From contig CALIBN010000029.1 in NCBI GenBank assembly GCA_938045545.1, forward strand, positions 8,077 to 72,076: a stretch of 64,000 nt of DNA, given 5' to 3'. The first letter of the stretch is position 1. Each line of letters opens with the position of its first letter. Shown piece after piece: positions 57,544 through 64,000 of this stretch. The DNA comes from an uncultured archaeon (lineage in GTDB: Archaea > Thermoproteota > EX4484-205 > JAAOZP01). The translations under genes were made by a program, and so were the position numbers. The notes below the pieces were generated by a model. It saw only the letters and a list, made by a program, of their open reading frames with translations. It was not told where the DNA came from and did no database searches.

Positions 57544-58986
57544 TTGATGATGTTAAGTTTCAAGATAATGTGCTCGCTTCTCGTAATCACGCTGGTAATC
57601 CTAGCTTTCTTATCCTACAACTTATTCGCTTTAATGCGGTCAACTAGGGAGCTTTACAGTCAGCTCGCTGAATACGGTGAAAGCTTCAGAAACCTGGCAA
57701 GCCTTATATCAAGCCTATCGTATGATGCTTACGGTGGAACCTTGAGTGTTAAAGGCGCGGCTACAGGCTTCTTCCACGTTGAGAAGATTAACGGCACCTG
57801 GTGGATTATAGATCCTGAGGGGAACGGCTTCATATCTAAGGGTGTGAACCATGTTAGCTTCGACGCGGATTATTCTCCGTCTCTAGGATACAGCCCGTAC
57901 AACAAGGCTGTTCTGAAAAAGTATGGTGGCGTCGAGGCTTGGGCTAAAGCCACCGTGGAAAGGCTGCGCAGCTACGGTTTCAACACGATCGGCGCATGGT
58001 CCAGCAGGGAGCTCTACGGGCTTAAAATCCCTTACACTGTAATACTCGACATTGCCGCGTCAGCCGGCTCAGAATGGTTGAGCGGCAGCGTCATAGACTA
58101 TTTTTCAGAGAGTTTTGAGAAAGTTGCCGAAGAGGTTGCTGAGAAGATGTGCGCCCCTAGGAGGGACGACCCGTATCTCCTGGGTTATTTCACGGACAAC
58201 GAGCTGAGGTGGGGGCCGGACTGGAGGTCTTCCAAGCATCTTTTCGACGACTATCTTGCTCTTGAGAAGGATGCTCCGGGTAAAAGGATGCTCGTCCAGT
58301 ATTTAATGGAGAAGTATGGGAGCATAAGCGAGCTTAACGCTAAATGGGGGACGGGCTTCCGCTCCTTCGAGGATATTCTGAGCATCTACGTGCCTCCTGC
58401 CGGGGCCTCCTTGGATTCTGACAGGCTGGGCTTCCTGCAGCTTGTCTCGAAAAGGTATTTCAAGGTTTGCCACGACGCTATAAGAAGGCATGATCCCAAC
58501 CATCTTATCCTGGGGTGTAGGTTTGCCTTCAGGCCGCCTGACGAGGTTTTGAAAGGGTGTGTTGGACACGTTGATGTTGTTTCAGTCAACAACTATGGGT
58601 GGGAGCCCCCGCTGGAGGACTTGAGGGCTATTAACCGTCTCACAGGTCTTCCAGTAATGATTACCGAGTTCTCTTTTAAAGCGAGGGACTCAGGCTTGCC
58701 TAACACTAGGGGTGCTGGAACACCTTTGGCAACTCAGGCGGATAGGGCTGAGCGTTTCGAAAACTATGTCGGCAAAATCTTATCCGAGCCCTACGTGGTT
58801 GGCTACCACTGGTTCCAGTATTCGGATCAGCCTGCGCAGGGAAGGTTCGACGGGGAGAACAGTAACTTCGGTCTCGTCAACATCGAGGATGAGCCCTGGG
58901 TGATTCTAGTCACCAGGGTTACGACGGTTAATCTTAAAGCTGAGCTTATTCACGCGGAGTCGACGGTTGAAAAAGGCTCACAGTAG
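57544..58986 (+). CDS. Membrane-anchored GH50-like (beta-agarase-like) glycoside hydrolase
   Basis: ATGFFHVEKINGTWWIIDPEG, GFNTIGAWS, DPYLLGYFTDNEL, PVMITEFSF, GYHWFQYSDQP..GRFDGENSNFGLV. Confidence 0.8.
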   Translation: MMMLSFKIMCSLLVITLVILAFLSYNLFALMRSTRELYSQLAEYGESFRNLASLISSLSYDAYGGTLSVKGAATGFFHVEKINGTWWIIDPEGNGFISKGVNHVSFDADYSPSLGYSPYNKAVLKKYGGVEAWAKATVERLRSYGFNTIGAWSSRELYGLKIPYTVILDIAASAGSEWLSGSVIDYFSESFEKVAEEVAEKMCAPRRDDPYLLGYFTDNELRWGPDWRSSKHLFDDYLALEKDAPGKRMLVQYLMEKYGSISELNAKWGTGFRSFEDILSIYVPPAGASLDSDRLGFLQLVSKRYFKVCHDAIRRHDPNHLILGCRFAFRPPDEVLKGCVGHVDVVSVNNYGWEPPLEDLRAINRLTGLPVMITEFSFKARDSGLPNTRGAGTPLATQADRAERFENYVGKILSEPYVVGYHWFQYSDQPAQGRFDGENSNFGLVNIEDEPWVILVTRVTTVNLKAELIHAESTVEKGSQ

Positions 58987-59037
58987 CATTGTGCCGCGTA
59001 TTCTAATGTTCAAAGAATCGGATTCTTTTTCGAAAAA

Positions 59038-60789
59038 TTACTGAAAAAGCCTGAAGAACTCCTCTATCCCTTCCCTTATAAATTCTTCCTCCAATGTTCC
59101 GAGCGGTGTTTCCGTTTCAATTATTCTCCTCGGTATCCTCAAATCCCTATGGCTGAAGCCCTCCCTCGCTTTAAACGAGTTTTTACTCTTAAGAGTTTCA
59201 ACCCCCATTCTTCCTAAGTCTTCAAGAGTAATACCAGGGCTGAACCCCACGGTCTTCAGGCATTCGAGCACGATGTCAGGCTTATAGACTCCTCTCGCGA
59301 AGAAGCATACGACTAGGCTGGATAAGACTTGACGCCAAGACTCCTCTTTAAACAGTGCCTCGGCAATCTGCCTCGGCGTCATCCTTATTCCTGTCTTAGC
59401 ATTATCCTCATCCATGCTGTAGCCCGCACTATCCAGATGACTGTGCCTGGCACCGGTTAAAAAGGTGAGGTGCGCAGCGGGCCCAGTATGGTAGCCCGGC
59501 ATCTCGTTGCCCCCGAAGGAGAGTGCGAAATCCATTCCCCCGTATTTCAACGCCGCCTTCTCAACACCCTTCGCCAGGGTTGAGTAGAACTCGTTCGGCT
59601 GGGCCACGATCCTCCTCGCGGCCTCCCGGTAGGCTTCCCCGTCGCCCCATTTAAGCTCCAACCCCATCGTCTCCCTGCTTGTGACAAGGCCTTTCCCATA
59701 GGCTTCAGTAGCCCATGCTAAAGCGACGCCCGTGCTTATCGCGTCAAGCCCCTGCGTCTCAACCTCGTCGATAAGCTTTAACAGCCCACCGGTCTCTGTT
59801 AATCCCAGCATAGAACCTAATGAGTATATTGGCTCGTAATCGTAGGGAACCATGGTTGTCTTGTAGAAATAAGGCTCATCCTCGTAGGGCTCCCTGAGCG
59901 TCGCCAAATGTATACAGGCCACTGGGCAATGAGAGCAGGAGACCCTTCTGCCCAAGTATTTCTCAGCGAGATTCTCGCCTGAGATGTTTTCAGCATTCTT
60001 CAGGCTTGTCTGCCTGAGGTTTAACGAGGGCAATGCTTTAAGCTCGTTCAAGGGAATAACGTTGGAGGATGTTCCAATATCGTGGTACTTCTTCATCACC
60101 TGTGATTTAACGGTTAGCTGAAAAATCTTGTCGTAGAGGATCCTGTATGCCTGCGGGTTTTCAACCTTCACCGAGTGTTTTCCCGATATCATTATCGCCT
60201 TAAGCTTCTTGCTGCCAAAGACTGCTCCGAGGCCAAGCCTGCCGAAGTGGCGGTAGGTTTCAACGGTCACGCTCGCGTATGAAACCATTTTCTCGCCCGC
60301 CCTGCCTATTCTCATGATCGTCCTCAACCCTGCTTCAGACTCCAGTTCCCTAACTATCCTCCCCACAGTGTAGCTGCTTCCAATTCCCCATATCCCGGAG
60401 GCGTCTCTGAAATACACTTCATCCCCGTAGATAGCGAGGTAAACAGGTGTTTCACTAGCGCCCTTAACCACTATCGCCCCATATCCTGCCATTCTGATCG
60501 CGGTGGCGCTTCTTCCACCAGCATGGCTCTCGCCAAGGTTGCCGGTTAAAGGAGACTTGAACATGGCGACTGTTTTAGAAGCCATTGGGAAGAGGCCTGT
60601 CAGGGGGCCGACTGCGAGTATGACCGGGTTCTCCGGGCCAAGCGGGTCTGCTTTCTCCGGGCACTCCTCCAGCAGAAGCCTTACGGCGACGCCTGTCCCA
60701 CCTATGTGTTTCTCAAACAGGTCTGGCCTACTCCTAACGTGGAACCTTCTCTTTGAAAGATCTATGTAAAGAATTTTATCCGGCATCAT
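59038..60789 (-). CDS. Tungsten-dependent aldehyde:ferredoxin oxidoreductase family, large subunit (GOR-like)
   Basis: KSPLTG.LGESHAGG, IGRAGE, FGRLGLGAVFGSKKLKA, CSHCPVAC, YDYE, GLDAIS, SLVVCFF. Confidence 0.88.
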   Translation of the reverse strand: MMPDKILYIDLSKRRFHVRSRPDLFEKHIGGTGVAVRLLLEECPEKADPLGPENPVILAVGPLTGLFPMASKTVAMFKSPLTGNLGESHAGGRSATAIRMAGYGAIVVKGASETPVYLAIYGDEVYFRDASGIWGIGSSYTVGRIVRELESEAGLRTIMRIGRAGEKMVSYASVTVETYRHFGRLGLGAVFGSKKLKAIMISGKHSVKVENPQAYRILYDKIFQLTVKSQVMKKYHDIGTSSNVIPLNELKALPSLNLRQTSLKNAENISGENLAEKYLGRRVSCSHCPVACIHLATLREPYEDEPYFYKTTMVPYDYEPIYSLGSMLGLTETGGLLKLIDEVETQGLDAISTGVALAWATEAYGKGLVTSRETMGLELKWGDGEAYREAARRIVAQPNEFYSTLAKGVEKAALKYGGMDFALSFGGNEMPGYHTGPAAHLTFLTGARHSHLDSAGYSMDEDNAKTGIRMTPRQIAEALFKEESWRQVLSSLVVCFFARGVYKPDIVLECLKTVGFSPGITLEDLGRMGVETLKSKNSFKAREGFSHRDLRIPRRIIETETPLGTLEEEFIREGIEEFFRLFQ

Positions 60790-60790
60790 T

Positions 60791-61195
60791 CTACTCCGCC
60801 TCCGTCAACCCTATTACCCCGTAGGGACAGTAATCGGCGCAGTAGCCGCAGTGGACGCATATGTTAGGCTTGTTCGCCTCATCGTCCCAGAAGACTGCTT
60901 TAAGCGGACATGCATCTGCACACCTTCCACACCCTATGCATTTCGAAGGGTTAAGCGTGACCCCGCCGCCCTTCCTCAAGGATAGCGCGTCCGTCACGCA
61001 AACCTTCATGCACGGCGGGTCTGGGCAGGCTCTGCACACGATGACTGTGAAGCCTCTTTCCACTCCTCCCATCGACTTTACTCTTATCGCTGACTTGGCG
61101 AACCCTCCCTCGCCGAACCTTCTTGAGCATGCGAACATGCAGAGCTGGCATCCGACGCATTTATCAATATCCAGGACTGTAAGCTTTCTAGCCAC
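60791..61195 (-). CDS. Polyferredoxin (4x4Fe-4S) small subunit of the AOR-family enzyme
   Basis: CVGCQLCMFAC, CRACPDPPC..VC, CIGCGRCADACP, CVHCGYCADYCP; GTG start after GGAGG. Confidence 0.88.
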   Translation of the reverse strand: MARKLTVLDIDKCVGCQLCMFACSRRFGEGGFAKSAIRVKSMGGVERGFTVIVCRACPDPPCMKVCVTDALSLRKGGGVTLNPSKCIGCGRCADACPLKAVFWDDEANKPNICVHCGYCADYCPYGVIGLTEAE

Positions 61196-61341
61196 CGTTC
61201 CTCCCTTTAATAATTGCTTTTCAGCCTTAAATAATTTTAACTTTAACATTCTGAGGCAGACAAGCCTGTTGACCAGAGCGATGGTAAATTGTTTGAAAAC
61301 ATAAATATTGAGGGATGGTTGGCTTAAACGGTGAATGAGGA

Positions 61342-63648
61342 ATGGAGGATAAGCCTGTTTACCTTGACCCTTCAGCCCCTGTTGAACTCAGGGTTAGGGA
61401 TCTTTTGAAAAGGATGACGCTGGAGGAGAAGCTTGCTCAACTCCAATCAGTCTGGCCAAGGATTTTCGGAATGACGGCTATTCCGCGGGAAAAGCTGGAG
61501 GGTCTTCTTAAAACGGGCATAGGGGAGTTGACCCGTTTATCCGGAGCCCTGGGTGTTAACCCGGGGGATGGTGCCAGGATGGCTAACGAGATTCAGAGGT
61601 TTCTCGTCGAGAAGACTCGGCTCCACATACCTGCTATTGTTCACGAGGAGTGTTTAACAGGCTTCTTAGCGATGGGAGCTACAGTGTTTCCTCAGGCCGT
61701 AGGCTTAGCAAGCACATGGGATCCTGAGCTTGTTGAGAAAGTTGCTTCAGTAATAAGGAGGCAGGTTAGGGCGTCGGGGGCCCATCAGGGTCTCGCGCCT
61801 GTTCTGGATGTTTTAAGAGACCCGAGGTGGGGTAGGACTGAGGAGACTTACGGAGAGGATCCCTACTTGGTTGCAAGCATGGGGGTTGCTTACGTTAAGG
61901 GTCTTCAAGGAGAGGATTTGAGAAACGGCGTGATAGCGACCGTTAAGCATTTCGCGGCGCACGGTTTTCCGGAAGGCGGGAGGAACTGCGCCCCGGTTCA
62001 CGCAACCCCCAGGGAGCTAAGAGAGGTTTTCCTGTTTCCCTTCGAGGCCGCTGTTAAGGTTGCAGGCGTCTTCTCAGTGATGAATGCTTACCATGAGATA
62101 GACGGTGTTCCCTGCGCCTCCTCGAGAACACTCCTCACAGGCATCCTTAGGGGCGAATGGGGGTTCCAAGGGTTTGTAGTCTCAGACTATTTCGCCATCA
62201 GGATGCTTGAAAACTTTCACAATACGGCTATAGACGCTAAGGATGCTGCCGTCCAGGCGATTCAAGCCGGGATAGACGTTGAGCTTCCCCATGTAGACTG
62301 CTACGGGGAGCCTCTGCTTCAGGCTGTTAGAGAGGGCAGGGTTTCCGAGGGTGTTGTCGACCTGGCTGTCTCAAGGGTTTTAAGAGCAAAGTTTCTACTG
62401 GGCCTTTTCGAAAACCCCTATGTCAACCCTGAGGAGGCTAAAAGCCAGTTTGACAGGGATGAGGATAGGGCTCTTGCCCTAAGGGCTGCCAGCGAGTCGA
62501 TAGTTCTCCTGAAGAACAACGGGATTCTCCCAATCCGGGGGACAGTTAAGTCGATAGCGGTAATAGGGCCGAATGCCGATAGCAAGAGGAATCTGCACGG
62601 GGACTATAGTTTCACGGCTCACATGGATATGGCTAACCCGCCGCCCGGCTTCGAGGAGGTTTTCAAGGAGGGTGCCGTGAGGACGGTCAGCATTCTCGAG
62701 GGCATCAGGAACAGGGCTGCTGGAAACATATTGATTAATTACGCTAAGGGGTGCGACATCACTGGGGAGTCTAGAGAAGGATTCGGTGAAGCTGTTAAAG
62801 CAGCCCTAGAATCAGACGTCGTGATAGCTGTGATGGGTGAAAAATCCGGAATGTTTGAAAGAGGCGTGTCCGGCGAGGGGTGTGACAGGTTTTCTCTTGG
62901 GCTGCCCGGGGTTCAGGAGGACTTGATGGGGGAACTCTGCAACACGGGTAAGCCGGTTATACTCGTGCTTGTCAACGGCAGGCCTATTTCCCTCGGCTGG
63001 ATGGTTGAAAAGTGTTCAGCAATACTTGAAGCATGGTATCCTGGTGAAGAAGGGGGGAACGCTGTCGCAGACGTGCTCTTCGGATACTATAATCCCGGGG
63101 GGAGGCTTCCAGTGTCTTTTCCGAAGAACGCAGGCCAGATTCCGCTGAACTATAGCAGGAAGCCTTCGTCGTTCAGGAATTACGTTGGAATGGATGCTAA
63201 GCCGGAATTCGCCTTCGGCCATGGTTTAAGCTACACGGTCTTCGAATACAGTTCACTCGAGATTGAGCCGCAAGAGACAAGTTCAACGGGAAGTGTTAAG
63301 ATACGTTTCAGGCTGAGAAATGCCGGAGACCGGAAGGGTGACGAGGTTGTTCAGCTCTACGTGAGGGACCGGGTTTCAAGCGTCACGAGGCCTGTGATGG
63401 AACTTAAGGGTTTCAAAAGGTTGAGTCTCGAGCCTGGGGAGACTAAGACTGTCGAGTTCACGCTTTACATTGAGCAGCTTGCCTTCTACGATGAGCGCAT
63501 GAGGCTGATTGTTGAGCCTGGCGTCTTCGAAATCTTCATCGGCAGTTCCTCCGAGGATATTAAGCTTAGAGGCAGTTTCAAGGTTACTGGTGAAGCTAGA
63601 ACCATAAGCTTTAGAACAGTATTCTTCAGCAGCGTCCAAGTGAATTGA
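61342..63648 (+). CDS. GH3 beta-glucosidase/beta-xylosidase with FnIII domain (cytoplasmic)
   Basis: MTLEEK, FPQA.GLASTWD, DPRWGR.EETYGED, KHF, VVSDY nucleophile, FGHGLSYT, EVVQLY, ELKGF. Confidence 0.93.
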   Translation: MEDKPVYLDPSAPVELRVRDLLKRMTLEEKLAQLQSVWPRIFGMTAIPREKLEGLLKTGIGELTRLSGALGVNPGDGARMANEIQRFLVEKTRLHIPAIVHEECLTGFLAMGATVFPQAVGLASTWDPELVEKVASVIRRQVRASGAHQGLAPVLDVLRDPRWGRTEETYGEDPYLVASMGVAYVKGLQGEDLRNGVIATVKHFAAHGFPEGGRNCAPVHATPRELREVFLFPFEAAVKVAGVFSVMNAYHEIDGVPCASSRTLLTGILRGEWGFQGFVVSDYFAIRMLENFHNTAIDAKDAAVQAIQAGIDVELPHVDCYGEPLLQAVREGRVSEGVVDLAVSRVLRAKFLLGLFENPYVNPEEAKSQFDRDEDRALALRAASESIVLLKNNGILPIRGTVKSIAVIGPNADSKRNLHGDYSFTAHMDMANPPPGFEEVFKEGAVRTVSILEGIRNRAAGNILINYAKGCDITGESREGFGEAVKAALESDVVIAVMGEKSGMFERGVSGEGCDRFSLGLPGVQEDLMGELCNTGKPVILVLVNGRPISLGWMVEKCSAILEAWYPGEEGGNAVADVLFGYYNPGGRLPVSFPKNAGQIPLNYSRKPSSFRNYVGMDAKPEFAFGHGLSYTVFEYSSLEIEPQETSSTGSVKIRFRLRNAGDRKGDEVVQLYVRDRVSSVTRPVMELKGFKRLSLEPGETKTVEFTLYIEQLAFYDERMRLIVEPGVFEIFIGSSSEDIKLRGSFKVTGEARTISFRTVFFSSVQVN

Positions 63649-63950
63649 CACCCCCCATGCTCGAGGTTTCCGGTTCGTCCCCTCGGGGCTCATCCCGCCG
63701 GGTTATGGGCTGTGTCAAACCAGCCCCCGGCATACGCGTATGGCGAATGGCCCGCCTCATGATGTTCGTTGCTCGTTGAGTCGGCGTTATAAAAGCAGGC
63801 TGAGACGCTTCCTCCGAAACTCCTCGTTTCGCGCTTACCCGCAGCTCCCAATTATGTTAAACAGACGGGCAGTATAAGACATTCCGACGATACTCGGATG
63901 GCACACTGATGGAATACGGATGCCACTCGGCCGCCTTTTTATATGTAGAA
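63645..63950 (-). mobile_element. Internally deleted IS200/IS605 element (left region, tnpB 3' end/omega-RNA, right end)
   Basis: 63645-63790 resembles 38760-38905 and 63795-63945 resembles 39875-40025; terminal TCAA. The left boundary is not visible and may lie outside the window. Confidence 0.85.
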
Positions 63951-64000
63951 AGAGCGTTGCAACGAAGTAGAACATTTCTACCCCCCAAACGTTAAAAATA

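Noticed and set aside
1-64000. CRISPR array, rRNA or tRNA genes
   Set aside because: No regularly spaced 24-40 bp repeats with unique spacers, no complete cloverleaf and no rRNA-like stretch found by eye

Overview
Gene-dense 64 kb window from a thermophilic, anaerobic, sugar- and peptide-fermenting archaeon. A TACK lineage is inferred from rpl13e, TYW1, a KaiC-type ATPase, GGAGGTGA Shine-Dalgarno motifs and TATA promoters. Main blocks: (1) galactokinase-like kinase plus GalE; (2) two divergent cytoplasmic [NiFe]-hydrogenase operons, a group 3b sulfhydrogenase and a bacterial-style HoxEFUYH (group 3d-like), with one maturation protease; (3) an Opp/Dpp ABC transporter; (4) housekeeping and stress genes, a VapBC pair and a decayed HTH-LAGLIDADG gene; (5) four progressively reduced copies of an IS200/IS605 (TnpB) element, with IS608-like end signals in the best-preserved copy and conserved putative promoter and omega-RNA parts; (6) a KaiC-like ATPase coupled to an AEP primase-like gene; (7) a 45-64 kb putative polysaccharide-utilisation locus. 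In block 7, GH148-like, GH50-like and GH3 hydrolases surround two paralogous OPT-like membrane proteins and a 1525-aa pseudo-peptidase (M28)/FtsX fusion with no adjacent ATPase. This locus is the best candidate for an undescribed system. No rRNA, tRNA or CRISPR array was seen. All calls come from motif recognition by eye; no searches were run.
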